DNA of 64,000 nt from Camelus ferus (taxonomy: Eukaryota). Numbering within the stretch: the first letter of the stretch is position 1; each line of letters starts with the position of its first letter. The position numbers were made by a program, and so were the translations under genes. Under the pieces are notes generated by a model, which did no database searches, was not told the DNA's origin, and saw nothing but the letters and a program-made list of their open reading frames with translations. Below are positions 51,481 through 64,000 of the stretch, one piece after another. Location: contig NC_045732.1 in NCBI RefSeq assembly GCF_009834535.1, forward strand, positions 30,008,001-30,072,000. The letters run 5' to 3'.

Positions 51481-52288
51481 TCTGCCTGGTTTAAAATATC
51501 ATGTAAGATTTGACTATTCTTTCATTCTATTCACCTATTCAGGTGAAAGAACAGGGAAAAACTGAGTGAGAATAAATGCATATGGTTTCCTCCACTTTTT
51601 CTCTTCCAAAAAATATTTATTTAACCATTGTTCTTTGCCAGATACCAAGAGAGGTCCTGGGAACACAACTGGAATTTATGATATCCTAGGTAAGAAGTAT
51701 ATTGATCAAAACACTGATAGTTAAAAATAAGATTATAAATGTGACAAGTATTACTTGAAACCATAAGAGCAAGTAATAAGGGGCCCTCACTATAAAAATA
51801 TTGTCTCACATTATCCTCACCATCTCACCATGACCCAAGTAATTATTTTCACTTTGTAGATCAAGAAGCAAAATAACAGAGGGGTTCTTAACATGGATGT
51901 AGAATTTGGGCCTCAAGGAGGGTCCCCGGATCCCTCATTCTGTAAGGCATATACTATCCCCAAGATGCAAACCAAGGTCTGCCTAGTCCTAGCTCATGGT
52001 GTCCTCTAACACCATGCTTCCTACCAGAGGCCAGGCAGGAGAGTCAGACCGGAAATCCAGATGAATGGAATATACAACTAACAGGGGGTAAGGCTTACTG
52101 TCTCTTAAAATCATCACTATGAGAGGAAAAATCAAGAATAAACACACCTATCAGCATTGTCAAAATAGCCAAAGGTCACAGAGAATATGCACAGACCCCC
52201 CCCAACTCAGCACAGACTGAATTCATATCCATATGGAGTATCAATATTCAGCAAACTGAGTAAATTTTAATTAAATTTAAAAGATTTA

Positions 52289-52514
52289 CAGTTGACCCTT
52301 GAACAACAAGGGGGTTAGGGGTGCAGATGCTACAAGCAGTCGAAAATCTGGAATATCTGCATGTTATTTATACTCGGCCCTGGTATCTGTGGTTCTGTAT
52401 GCATGAATTCAACCAACTACAGATGGTATAGTAATGTAGTCTTTACTGCTAGAAAAAAGTTGTAGATAAGTGGATCTGTGCAGATCAACTATCTGTGTTG
52501 TTCAAGGGTCACTT
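52289..52514 (+). mobile_element. MER8 (Tigger1-derived MITE)
   Basis: TIRs cagttgacccttgaacaaca / tgttgttcaagggtcac, preceded by TA; internal ggggttaggggtg...gcagtcgaaaatc. Confidence 0.85.
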
Positions 52515-53789
52515 TTATTTCTCTTTAAACACATGACATACACTCACATGTGAATCTTCATTTAAACATATTGAAGGATTATAGTGATATAAAGCAAAGA
52601 TTGCTATATTTCTTTTAGTCTTTTTGTCTACTGGCCTTCAGATTGAATATATGTTAACTGGCATGGCTATTTTGGAAAATTTTACTAGTATATGTGGACT
52701 ATAATAACAATGATTACAGATAAATTTTCCCCCTTTCCTATTAATCAACCATCTTCCAAGATGCATAACCCAGCCTTTTCTGGGAACGGAGTGAGATTTG
52801 AGCTATTAGTATAGGCCCACAAAGTAAACACACTGTTACTGTTAATTTTTAGCTTTTCTCCTGATTAAACACACACATCCCCAAATATACATTCAAACAA
52901 TGAGCACCAAATACACTAAAATAAAACATTATTTTGAACATTTCCAAAATCTGCCAACATAATTTTATGTCTTTTGTACATCCTTTCAGAGATCCAAGTT
53001 CATCCTAACACACCCCTTATATTTTGTAAATTAATTTTAAAATAAAAGCTTTATGGCTCAACCTCAGCATGTGTATTGGTGGCACTTTTAGTGGTACACC
53101 TTTGCTGTTCTTCTTTTAACATGTCTTAAATAAATCAATCCCAACTGCCAGAAGGTAAATAACCATTTGATTTGTATTCCTTTTTCAAATACAAAACACT
53201 TCGTATAGAAAAGAAAGAAGGTAGAAAGTAGGCTTTAGAACGTGTCTGTTGTGTGGTGGTCAGCCATTGTAGGCCTTTTGACAAATATGCTTTCATTTTG
53301 ACATCTCAACTTATTCTAGTCCCCAGTAAGAGCCTTTAACCTGGCATCAGTGGACAAGATTTAGGGAGCTCTCTGGACCTATATAATTTATGAATCTTTG
53401 TTTTGTAAGCCAGATTTTATGCTCATTTTACAAGTGGAGATATCGAGACCCAACAGCATGTCCACATTGTAGACAATTGGTAGATGTGAGACTCTATACC
53501 AAGCCATCTTACTCTAAAACACATGCTTGCTCCACCATGTTGTACCACTTCTTCCCAAAGCTGTTAAGAAGCTGAAATCTCAGAAGCTATTAAAGAACAA
53601 TGGAGATAGACTTTATATTATGCAGCCATCATAAATACATTTTTATTGTGGGTATAACTTTCAATGATCTAAAATGGACTCAACAACAGGCAAAATTATC
53701 ACACGATGATGGCTAGAGAATTAATCTCATTTGAATCAAATCTTCAAAAGAACTTCAATAGCTGATACAATTTTGGGAATAAAGATATT

Positions 53790-54150
53790 GCTCTTTTTTT
53801 CCAATTGAGGCATAATTTATATACAATAAAATGCACAAACTTAAGTGTTTAGATTAATGAGTTTTGAGAATTGACTACATCCATGTAACTGCCAATTGAT
53901 ACATAATACAGAACTTTCTGTAACCCCAGAAAGTTCCCTAGGCTTCTGTCAATCCCAACCCTTTCTTCCTTCTATTACCACAAATTAGTTTTGCTGTTCT
54001 TTAACTTCAACTAAGTGTTTTTTTATTTGTGTCTGTGTCCTTTTGCTCAGCATAGTGTTTTTGAGATTCATCATATTGTTGCTTCCATCAATATCTTGTT
54101 CCTTTTTTTCATTGCTGAGTAGAAGTCTATTAATGGTTTAACATGAGCAT
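53790..54150 (-). mobile_element. L1M (L1MD/L1ME-like) 3' end
   Basis: attgaggcataatttatatacaataaaatgcacaaacttaagtg...ccccagaaagttccct...ttttgctcagcatagtgtttttgagattcatc. Confidence 0.8.
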
Positions 54151-55420
54151 CAACTTTTTGTGAGGTAGTGAGGGTAGGAGCAGAAGGTGGTGGCATTTCA
54201 TGTGATTACCTAAATGGAAAGAAGCATCTAACAACATAAAGAAAAAAGTGAAGAGCATTCTAGAAAGAAGGGGAAGGGAAAGCATGTGCAAAGACCCTGA
54301 GGTGTTTCAGAAAGTGAAAAGAGACTGGCATGACTAGAATATATGAATGGAGAAGAGGGGCTTGAGAAAAATCATGAAAAAGATAGGAATATAGTATATT
54401 CACTATTTTCAGTAATTCAATACAGACTAAGTCATGATAAGGCATTTGGAGTTGAATTGTAAGAAAAGTCCATGAAGGGAGTTAAGTATGTAAATGTCCT
54501 TCTCTGTCTGACATTTTGAGATCAGTCCTGTGCTCTATATGTAGGATTAGATAGGAAGAGAACAATAGCAGCAATACTAAAATATTGTGGTCTAATCTGA
54601 CAAGAGGGCAGAGGTGACCTGGCCTAAGATGGTGGGGAAGCAGAGGAAGAGAAAGCAAATAAAAGATACATTTTGAAGATGGACATCGCGGTGCATTCGT
54701 TGCCTATGGATTAGATATAGAAGGAGAAGAAAATTAAGCAATCATATTGATGCTGATTTCTTGCTAACCTAATAGATGATAATAATACATTGATGTAGAG
54801 TAGATTGGGGTTGGGGGGCAGAGGAGACATTTTAAGGGAAATGTCAAAGCTGCTTGTATCAAGGCCAAGAAACAGTATCATAGAGTCAAATGAAAGTGCA
54901 GCTTTAGAGCTCAGAGAAATCTGGACTGGAGAGATAAATTGAGTATTCACCAAACTAAAGATGTTATTTAAGTCCACATAAATTGATGGTGTCATCTTGG
55001 AAAAGAGAGTATAGCCCTGGGAAACCTAAAGATTAAGGTGTGGTCTCCAATTGTGTTGTGCACATCCCCGAGGGATTCAGTGTAACTGATTGGTGTACGA
55101 AAGAAAAATGTTAACACTCCTATATTTATTTTTATTTAAAGTTATTGATTGATAGCTCTCTGTATGTTTGTTTAAACATATTCATATAAAATATATAAAT
55201 AAATGTTCATTTATGAGAAGAAATATGCTTAAATTTTTGTTCTGATAGGAAAGCAGGATCAAAATCTGGAGAATCAGTGCCTTAAAGATCAAGAGGAGGA
55301 GGAGGTGGAACGAGCTGTTAAAAATGAGGAGCAGACAGTGAGGCACAGCAAAAGGTAGGAGAGTGAATATCACAGAAGAAAGAAGATACTACTGTTTTAA
55401 GAAGGAAGAGGGTAGTCTAT
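54150..55420 (-). mobile_element. L2 fragment
   Basis: Purine-rich antisense L2 text (gcatgtgcaaagaccctgagg; aaatctggactggagagataaattgagtattc). Confidence 0.7.
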
Positions 55421-56527
55421 TGGCCTCTCTCTCAGTGTAGTTACGGGAAACATAAGCCCACAGTCAGTTTTTTGCAGGCCCTGTTCCAAAAGTCAGACTT
55501 GCTAGAAATGAATTGTAGGGTATCGAAAAGACTGCTTGTAAGGCTGAGTATCTGTAAGGTTGCCAAAGAAGTCGTTTGTTTGGAAGTCATTTGTTTGCTC
55601 TATCTCTCCATTCATTCACTCAAGTCTGGTACCTCTGCTAGCTATTTGGTTAAGGTGTCTGATTATTTGCCTGTGCCTTTAACAACTACACATTTACACT
55701 TGAAAGTATGCCATGAAATCATTAGGTTACTTGTCAGATTTCAAATATTATAGAAGCTATTTTGGGGAAAAATAAAACAATGTATATTTCAGGCACATTT
55801 TCAGTTCTGAACAATATAAAGTATTGCTAAGTATGGTATTTAGCCATTAATGCTGTCTTTTAGTTCTGTAATGTAAAGGAAATAATAGGCTTATGACAAC
55901 TTGGATAATACCCTTAAGCTTCTACATTATTGTTCCATATATCAAAGAAACTTCACTCCACAGTGGTTCTCCCTTTTTGGTGAGCCATGTAAAAACAGCC
56001 TTGGCCTTGTAGAAAGAAAACCTGGGTCCAGATGTCAGCCCTAAAGCTTTTTGACTTTTTGACTGTTGTAAGTCACTTAACTACAGTAATATATAAACAT
56101 TAAAGAGGTATATACATGTAAGGCATTAGTATTATGAAATAAAATGCTTACAATATGAAAAAATTACCCATTACTCAATATTTAGTTTATATCATGTTTC
56201 AGAATAATTATGGATTCTACACATAATGTGCATGTCCTGATTAAGCTGTCTTTATTATTTCTTATACAGTATGTCCACTGTTCAATCTATTGATCACATT
56301 GAAAGGAGAAGAGTTTAGATCAGTCATGCACATATTTATGTACTCTTAGGATGATGAGATAAAGAAGCCAGTAAGACAGAAGAATTTAAATTTTAATGAA
56401 CAAGTCAGAGCCCTCTGTTTTTTACTTAATCATTTTGTCACTGTCTCTCCCATCTGGGCTGAAGCACAGTCACTTTCAGTTGACACACAGAGTGTTAGCT
56501 TCCACTGGGTCTCTCTGTCTCTTTCCT

Positions 56528-57075
56528 TAAAAAATTAAAAATAGAACCACCATATGATGTAACAATCCCACTTCAGGATACACAGTCAAAGGAAATGAAA
56601 ATAGGATATCAAAGNNNNNNNNNNNNNNNNNNNNNNNNNNNNNNNNNNNNNNNNNNNNNNNNNNNNNNNNNNNNNNNNNNNNNNNNNNNNNNNNNNNNNN
56701 NNNNNNNNNNNNNNNNNNNNNNNNNNNNNNNNNNNNNNNNNNNNNNNNNNNNNNNNNNNNNNNNNNNNNNNNNNNNNNNNNNNNNNNNNNNNNNNNNNNN
56801 NNNNNNNNNNNNNNNNNNNNNNNNNNGTTAAAGGAAGACAAATACTTACACAAGGTATCTATAATAGTCAAACTCACAGAAGCAGAGAGTAGGGGCTGGG
56901 GTGAGAGAGAAATGGGGAGGCACCGTTCAATGGATATGAATTTTCAGTCATGCAAGACAAATATATTCTAGAGATCTACTGTACAACACTGTACCTATAG
57001 TTAACAATACTTTATCGTGCATTTAAAAATTGTTAAGAGGGTAGACTCATGTGTTCTTACCCCAGCAACAAAAAA
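56528..57075 (+). mobile_element. L1MA-type 3' end spanning an assembly gap
   Basis: aaaattaaaaatagaaccaccatatgatgtaacaatcccacttc...; ...ctagagatctactgtacaacactgtacctatagttaacaatac...gttaagagggtagactcatg. Confidence 0.9.
56615..56826. other. Assembly gap (212 N)
   Basis: Run of N. Confidence 0.99.
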
Positions 57076-57217
57076 CTGCAGTACTTATTAGATATTATTG
57101 TTTAATGTATCAATAAGGAAGCTCATATAGTAGCACATCATAACAGTAAACCCATTTTTATAATTTTATTTAATTGATGACTTTGTAATCCTATATATTT
57201 ATGTTCTATACATATAT

Positions 57218-57272
57218 ACACACACACACACACATGTACACACACACACACACACACATACACACACACACA
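57218..57272. repeat. Interrupted (CA)n microsatellite
   Basis: Visible CA run with TG/TA interruptions. Confidence 0.95.
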
Positions 57273-58496
57273 GAGTAAAGAATCCCTGCACTTGTCCCTA
57301 CCTATTGTTAATTCCCTGACACTGACCCGGCACATAGCAGGGGCTCCCTAAGCCTAGGGTAAATTAAATTGATAGTGAGATGACTCAAGTTCTTTGCAGC
57401 AGTACACCACTATAAATCTAGAGATATTCTTCCTAAGTAGAAATTCGATTTTAAACTACTGCTAAAGAAACTTGCTGGCACTTGTATGTTAATCAGGTAA
57501 TCTGTATTTTACATAGCATATCTATGAGTTCTGACTTCTGAATCCAAATATATGGAACATGTATCTATATGTCTCTAATTCTCTATATTCTTCTTGACCT
57601 ATACTTAAAATCCTATTTACTTATAAAAGTTTGCTTTATATTTTTTCCTGTGGATTATAATAAACTGGTAGACTGTTTTGGGGTTATAACTACTGCTTTT
57701 AAATACAAGTTTTCATACCGCTTCTTGGATTAGACACCTTGGTAATTTGTATATTTAAATCTTAAGACTTATTCCTGCAATTTATTTACCTGAACTGTAC
57801 AATGTTTTTTCTCTTATACCCAAAGGTAGCATTCATAAAGGGTTTTGAAATGATATGAAGTGATAAAAATTATAGAGAGAGAAATTTCAGAGGCACCAAA
57901 TCAACTGCTTTCCATTTATCATCACGGTAGTTAAAAAAGAAGTAACAAAATCAACGAAATTTATCTTTTAGATGAGCAGACTTATCTGTTCCTATTGACA
58001 AACGTGGCTTTTTTGTGATTGGAATCACACATCTTTTTATGTGGTTACTGGAAGTATCCAATTGTCACAATTTTTATACCAAAAAAAGCACTATTGAATT
58101 TTAAGTGTCAAAACTTCTCATAATACCGTGTCCTCAAACTGTGAGACAGTGTTGCTGATGTATTTTCTTTAACACTTCAGGAGTTGTAAACATTTGAGAT
58201 ATATTAACTTATGAAGATCTTTAAGCTTTTCCAGTAGAATTGGAAATGGATGATAAATATACAGCACATTTCAACTGTATGTCAAAAATTCATAGAAAAA
58301 AGACTAGGAGGAAAAACATTTAAAAAGTTAACAGTACTTATTTTTAATTTAAGAAAAAATTACCCAAAACTTGGAGGTTCGGTCAAAGGATGGTTATATA
58401 TGTTTCAAAAAACAAAGTAGGGTCTTATCTAAATGTCCCCCACACCATCAAAAGGGCTTCTCCTTTTTCACAGAAATGCAAATCTGTTTGACTTAC

Positions 58497-58548
58497 TGTT
58501 CACTATCAACTGGGGTCCAGACATTTTACAACTCGGCGAAGTTAAATG
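58497..58548 (-). other. Candidate 52-nt exon (unverified)
   Basis: Acceptor tacgttttctacaatttag and donor ACA/gtaagt; two CpGs; contains an ATG (AAAATGT). Confidence 0.3.
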
Positions 58549-59081
58549 CTAAATTGTAGAAAACGTATATGATGCAAATGACTTTTTATCCAGTAGAAAA
58601 TATAACCCTAGAGGCTGTAGGATATTAACTGCTTTGAATCTATTTTTATCAATCTTACTCCAGAATTCTTTTTTTTTAAATCAACTGGTTAAAGATGCAT
58701 TTGTTTCTTGTATCTTCTTTTGAGCCTGCTTTGTCTAACTACTGGCTCCTTCATTATTGTGTGAAAAAAAATCTAATGTGTATTCATCATGATAAGTCAT
58801 GAAAAGTTTGTTTCTTAACAAAATTTCACTTTGACACTAGGCAATGAGATTATGGACTTCCTAAATTTATACTTCTATTTTCCAAAATGTCCCCAATTGA
58901 CCTATAACACATGTATAGTCTGAAAATATAAACATTTATCTGAAAAAAAAGTATGATGTATGAAAATCTATTTAGCTTATGATGCCATATGCATGCAAGA
59001 TCTTGAATGCCATACAAAGGAATCTAAGTGACTAAAGATGAAACAGCTTTGTAATCGATAGAGTGTTTTGTTTTTCTTTTC

Positions 59082-59188
59082 CGTCAGTAGCAAAGTGACG
59101 TAAGAAAAAGAAAGTAAACTTTAGAAATATGAAAAGTGTATGAGTATTGACATCTGCTTATTGTGAATGTGATGAGAGAGGCGCGTCA
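59082..59188. promoter_or_regulatory. Cluster of CRE/ATF motifs
   Basis: CGTCA 59082-59086, TGACGTAA 59096-59103 and CGTCA 59184-59188, in unique sequence. Confidence 0.3.
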
Positions 59189-59738
59189 GGACAGTGAGAG
59201 TTAGGTTCATTACACTGCTTTCTCATACCATAAATGAAAGAATAACAAATATTGGCTAAAATTCAATAACTTCATGGCCAAGATACATACTATAATTTGG
59301 ACATTGATTCCTTTTGATAACCTTTCTCCTCAGGCACTGTCAAGATAGATAATAATTAGTAGTTCAGCTAGGAGCTGGACTACAAATTTCAGCTTGAGTA
59401 AACTACAGGAGACGCTCGCTACACATTCACTTAAAGCTTTGACAGTTGCAAATGTTCCCTGTGGCCAACCCCTCATTTTCCTCTTTAGAATGAATGTTTT
59501 CACTGAGCCCTCTGGGATGTGAAGCCACTAGCAGAAGTGAGGACTTGCAGTTGCAAGTTACCAAATAATGCCAATTCCACACATTTTATTCCTATTTGAA
59601 CTTCTGTTAAAAGGGAGGGATCCTAGCAGCTGCATATCAGAAGTATCTGAAATTCCTGTCTCAAAAACATACCCCCCTCCACTTATTCCACAAATTGTAC
59701 AGTTACCCTTGATCTTGAACAACTTCTCCCTTTTTAAG

Positions 59739-59746
59739 TATAAAAG
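59739..59746 (+). promoter_or_regulatory. Consensus TATA box (TATAAAAG)
   Basis: tataaaagcctggaggagag, in unique sequence with a purine-rich downstream run. Confidence 0.2.
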
Positions 59747-60002
59747 CCTGGAGGAGAGTTGAGACTATTTACACTTCTAAGTCTGTTCCTAAGTCAGAAC
59801 ACTGACTGTGAATTCTGCAGTGCTGACTTGGGATGAAAGAAGGAAAAGGAAAAGGCTAGGAAAGGGATGATGCTGGGAAAGTGGAGCAGTTTCTAATCCC
59901 TTCTCCTCCCATCCTCACTCCAGTCAGCTTTTCCCACCAGCTTTTACAATGAGGATCACTTATTTATTTCCCTACAAAACATCCCAAAGTTTCCTGATTA
60001 TT

Positions 60003-60034
60003 AAAAAAACAAAAACAAAAACAAAAACAAAAAC
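60003..60034. repeat. (AAAAAC)n simple repeat
   Basis: aaaaaaacaaaaacaaaaacaaaaacaaaaac. Confidence 0.9.
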
Positions 60035-60091
60035 ACTTTGGCTTACTAAATAGAACTTGATTCTAAACTAAGCCCATCAAACTCTGAAGAG

Positions 60092-60389
60092 CAGCATTGA
60101 CTAACGGAATGCAAATCACATGTGAAATTTCAAAATTTCCAATAGCCACATCAAAAAAGTAAAAAGAAACAGGTCAATTTACTTTTAATAGTATATTTTG
60201 TTTACTTCAGGATGACAAAGCAGTATCATTTTAACCTGGAATGAGATAGTTTACTTCCTTCTCTATTCTTATTAAGTCTTCAAAACCCAGTGTGTGTTTT
60301 CCACTCACTATCCATCTCAATTCAGATTAGCTGCATTTCAAAAGATCAGTACTCTGTGTGACTAGTAGCTACTGAACTGGACATGGCAG
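60092..60389 (+). mobile_element. MER33 hAT MITE
   Basis: cagcattgactaa...aatagccacatcaaaaaagtaaaaagaaacagg...catctcaattcagattagctgcatttcaa...ggacatggcag; TSD ctgaagag / ctcaagag (7/8). Confidence 0.88.
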
Positions 60390-61944
60390 CTCAAGAGAGA
60401 GAACTATATTGTGATTCTTAAGATTGTGCAACTTTAGAAAACATTTATCTACTTGAAAGAGACCCCAGAACTCATCCCATGAACACATCTTTCTCCCTAA
60501 CAAAGCTTGAATCAGCTCAGTGTAGATGTGATGCTGTTAGAACTTGGAAGATACACAAAAACTTTAGCATTCACACAAATGGGACATTTCAAAGTGAGGT
60601 AGAGCCCAGGAATTTTGAATATATTGTTCATGGTACAATACTTCATTCCATTATTTCGCAGATGTACTATTAGTGACTACATCACTGCCTCAGCCTGTGT
60701 ATTTTCTTTTTCCTGTAAGGGTGAAACAATTTCTACACAAGCTGTAGAACTCTCTGCCCAGGAGGTGATAGTTGGATTATCTCCTGGAAAGTTCCTTAAC
60801 TCTCCAGAATTTGGATTTAAAATTCTTATTTCATTCAGTTATTTGAGAAATAAACGAGAAAATGAGTGAAATGTTGACCATGCAAACAAAGCCAAAGACT
60901 GTCTAGGGAAGATGCTAAGGATAACTTTTCTACTCCTGTTATAGCTGTAATTTCTTCTTCAGCAGATGACCCTTCATCTCTCACACTATTCATTCTTCCC
61001 TCCACTCCTTCCATCCTCTTGATGGGAGGACCAATCTCCTAGACCCTGGCACCTTGCTTATGGCCCTTTCTGATTGACAGCAATAGCCCAACACTTATAC
61101 AGGGAAAGTCATTCCCCTCTCTATTTCATGAACAGTTCAGGGCAATGAGAGTTGGGCTTCTAAGTTCCCATCAACCAAAAGGTAGAAATGACTGAGAACT
61201 GCTAAATGATTATTAAAGTGTTGACAGATATAGCTTATGAGGGATTTTATTTCTCAGAGAAGATTATTTTGGAGGAGGAAATTAAAGATGGGGATATCAC
61301 TACAGAATCCTTCCCTTACTTCTCTTTTGAGAACTCTATGAGAACACACACTTGTTTTGTTTCACTACTGGATCCCTATTTCCTGGAATAGTATTTAGCA
61401 CACAGTAGTTCCTCTACAAATTTGTGTTTAACTATATTGAGAGTGTTGCCTGGCAAAATTCAACCAGCTTAGAACCCATGATGGTAACCACTATGCAGGT
61501 AACCACTGCCTCTTTTGGCAGCTAGAGCTTAATCTCTGATTTGAGGAAAGGTGACAATGAGATGCAAAAACCCCAGTTTTCTCCCTATGTTATTAATTAG
61601 TAATGTTGTCTTTTAATGTAAGACTCTTGAATACTTTATGATCACAGTTAAGTCCATCTGAATCATACTGGCTGCTTTATTTTCAAACAGAAAACACACA
61701 CACAATGCCTTCAGACGGATAATGAAGTAGAAACCACTTAAAAATTGTTTACATGCGGAATATCTAGAAACAAAATAAGCACAACAGGATCACAAAATCT
61801 GTCACACATGTTCTTGTTAATAATGAGTTGAAGTTGCACTTATTCAAGAATTAAGCCAGTTTGTCTTTAAAAGTTCTCACCAAAGTTATAATGCAAAAAA
61901 CTTGGTAGTACACAAGAAACCACAAGTATCCTAAACAAGCTTAC

Positions 61945-61980
61945 CTTTAAAGCTTCAAATCTTGTACAGACACTCCTCCA
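61945..61980 (-). other. Candidate 36-nt exon (unverified)
   Basis: Strong donor AAG/gtaagc, weak acceptor atatttttaag; open in phase 0 (WRSVCTRFEALK). Confidence 0.15.
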
Positions 61981-62019
61981 CTTAAAAATATCAATTGCTC
62001 ATTTACATGCATGTATCTT

Positions 62020-62550
62020 GTAAGGTCCTTCACAAAGTGTTCCAAAGCTGCCTATCCAGCCTGAACTACCACCTTCCGCCTGAGACCTGAGCTCCGTAAG
62101 TTATTGCCACTTAAAGTCATTTCCGTTCTCCTAACAACCTACATTTTGTGTGGCTACCTGGTTTTTGAACATGTGTTCTCACGATCAAGGATACTCTTTC
62201 ATCTTTCTCCTTGAATAAACTGCCTGCTTATGGTGAAAAGACTTCGTTAGCCTTCCAGATAGAGCTCGTCATCTCTCTTCCCTGTTCTCATAGGACTTTA
62301 TAAATACCGTGAGTACAGAATCTCAGAATTGGGTTATATCAACTTTGAGGTTTATATATCTATCCCTCTCTGCACTAGACTAACTTCCCTGAGTGTTGGA
62401 ACTGTGATAGATTCCTCATCCCCTCACCCAGAGACAGTCTGCCTCCCCTACTGATGTAAGGCCACTGCACATGAAGCGCTGTCTGACTCAGTGTTGACAC
62501 TTTTGGTATACACCACTGTCCTGACACTTGACAAAAACATGTTGAATAAG
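62020..62550 (+). mobile_element. L2 3' fragment
   Basis: tctttctccttgaataaactgcctgc...ctctctgcactagactaacttccctgagtg...aacatgttgaataag. Confidence 0.55.
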
Positions 62551-63329
62551 CAGAGGAATGTTGATGATAGCCATAGCCATACAATGTTAAGGGAAAACAA
62601 TCTGGCCTTGAAGGGACCACATATGTCATGGTGAGTTTTATCCAGAGAGCATTCTGAAAGGGAGGCAAACAGTAAATAATGGGCTACGATTCTCAAAGGG
62701 AATCTGCCCTGAGGGAACTAAGGGCCTTTCACCAACAGGGTTTTCTTGGAGAACACCAGCCCTCACTACACACAGACCAATGCCTATGTTTTCCATATAT
62801 GACAGCTACTGACCAAATTCTACCCTTCTACCAAAACTTGACTTTTGTTCCAAATCATGGAGAAGTAAATGGGTGTCCTTGTATTTTCTGTTCCCTCAAT
62901 AACCTGCATCTTATAGTAATAAAGAATCCCTTAAATTTATATCTCAACAAAAGATTAATATGACAATGTAACTGAAAGTGCTTCATAAATTATAAAGCAC
63001 CTTATTACATTATGACTAATGTTATTGTCATCATTAACAACCCTAACATCATCTCTAATAATAAAAATAACCCCTCCTAATACTCTGATTTTGATGTACT
63101 ATGGGTCAAATTATAACCCATAGTAATAAAGATGTTATGTCTCATCCTTACTGATAATGACATAAGAGGGGTTTAATTATGGTTATACTTTTCACTAAAT
63201 AGCATTTTTATGGATGAAAGAAGTTTCATCTTTATTACTTATTATCTGTAAGGCCTCTTAGAAGGGCCTTGCCCTATATAGTGGGTGGTGAATATTACCC
63301 TCTTTATTATTTTCCCCAACACTTCTAGC

Positions 63330-63545
63330 TGATGGTCAGTAAGCAACGTGACATTCATATCCCGAGGTCTTCATTTATTTGCCTTGTGATTTGGGGTAAA
63401 ATACTTAACTGTTCTGAACCTTATAAAATGTTACATTGTAAGAATACCTTTTCTACTTACTTTTCTGGGTTTTCTTTTGAGAATCACATCAAATAAAATT
63501 TCTTATGATCTTTAAATAGAAAGGCACTAAGATCAACTTTAAACA
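63330..63545 (+). mobile_element. MIR fragment
   Basis: ccttgtgatttggggtaaaatacttaactgttctgaacc...tgagaatcacatcaaat. Confidence 0.6.
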
Positions 63546-63723
63546 CTACTGCAGTAAAATAAACCTTCTGTTACATCTTTCTGTGCATGTTTTTGTAAAA
63601 CTGATTTTATATCATCTTCCCAAATTAACCATTCTTAAACTGGCTTCTTAATTTTTTTTTAAATAAATTGTTTTCTTACAGTCATCATATTGATACCTTG
63701 TGACACTCAATCAGAAACAACCC

Positions 63724-63724
<1 letters not shown>

Positions 63725-63764
<40 letters not shown>
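63725..63764. repeat. (CA)n microsatellite
   Basis: About 17 uninterrupted AC units followed by ataca. Confidence 0.97.
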
Positions 63765-64000
63765 TCGATAGAAACAAAAACTATGAAACAGTACTTTCCT
63801 GTGTGTGATGAACCCTGATGCTTTCTATTTTGTTTCACTAAACAATGCTGGTAGTGATCCACAAATTGATTTCATGACTCAGAGTTTGGAAAATAACTAG
63901 CCCACTAGATTAAAACAAAATAGAAAAACAAAAACATAACCAACAAAAAAGGAAATGAGTCCTAAGCATCATTTCTTTCCATGGATCTATAATCTGCCCA

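Noticed and set aside
1-64000. tRNA, snRNA, snoRNA, known miRNA, processed pseudogene, CRISPR or prokaryotic systems
   Set aside because: No matching motifs seen by eye; the sequence is mammalian, AT-rich and repeat-laden. An Infernal/Rfam scan would be needed to exclude small RNAs formally.

Overview
AT-rich eutherian (placental mammal) intronic or intergenic DNA from a draft assembly, with three N-gaps (18905-19196, 36122-36250, 56615-56826). I recognise no protein-coding gene, RNA gene, processed pseudogene or CRISPR/prokaryotic element. The ORF track is mostly noise: gap artefacts, ORFs inside L2/L1/LTR remnants, and chance ORFs. The window is dominated by old eutherian repeats: MIR, L2, L3/CR1, L1M 3' ends, hAT MITEs (MER5A, MER20, MER33, MER58A), a Tigger MITE (MER8) and ERVL LTR remnants. 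I see no recognisable young lineage-specific SINE, though the gaps could hide some. The clearest sequence-level discovery is a pair of same-family, same-orientation ERV1 solo LTRs (23336-24000 and 25190-25840). Each has its own 4-bp target-site duplication (CAAA and CTAG). They share a 250-bp core that is 98.4% identical, while the flanking parts are only about 80-85% identical, which looks like local gene conversion between neighbouring LTRs. Repeat-poor stretches hold several splice-site-bounded candidate exons on both strands, a CpG-enriched block near 20.1-21.1 kb, and a CRE cluster plus TATA box near 59.1-59.7 kb. These suggest an unidentified spliced transcript but are low-confidence hypotheses. 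Repeat family names come from recalled consensus similarity, and boundaries of old repeats are approximate unless a TSD is cited.
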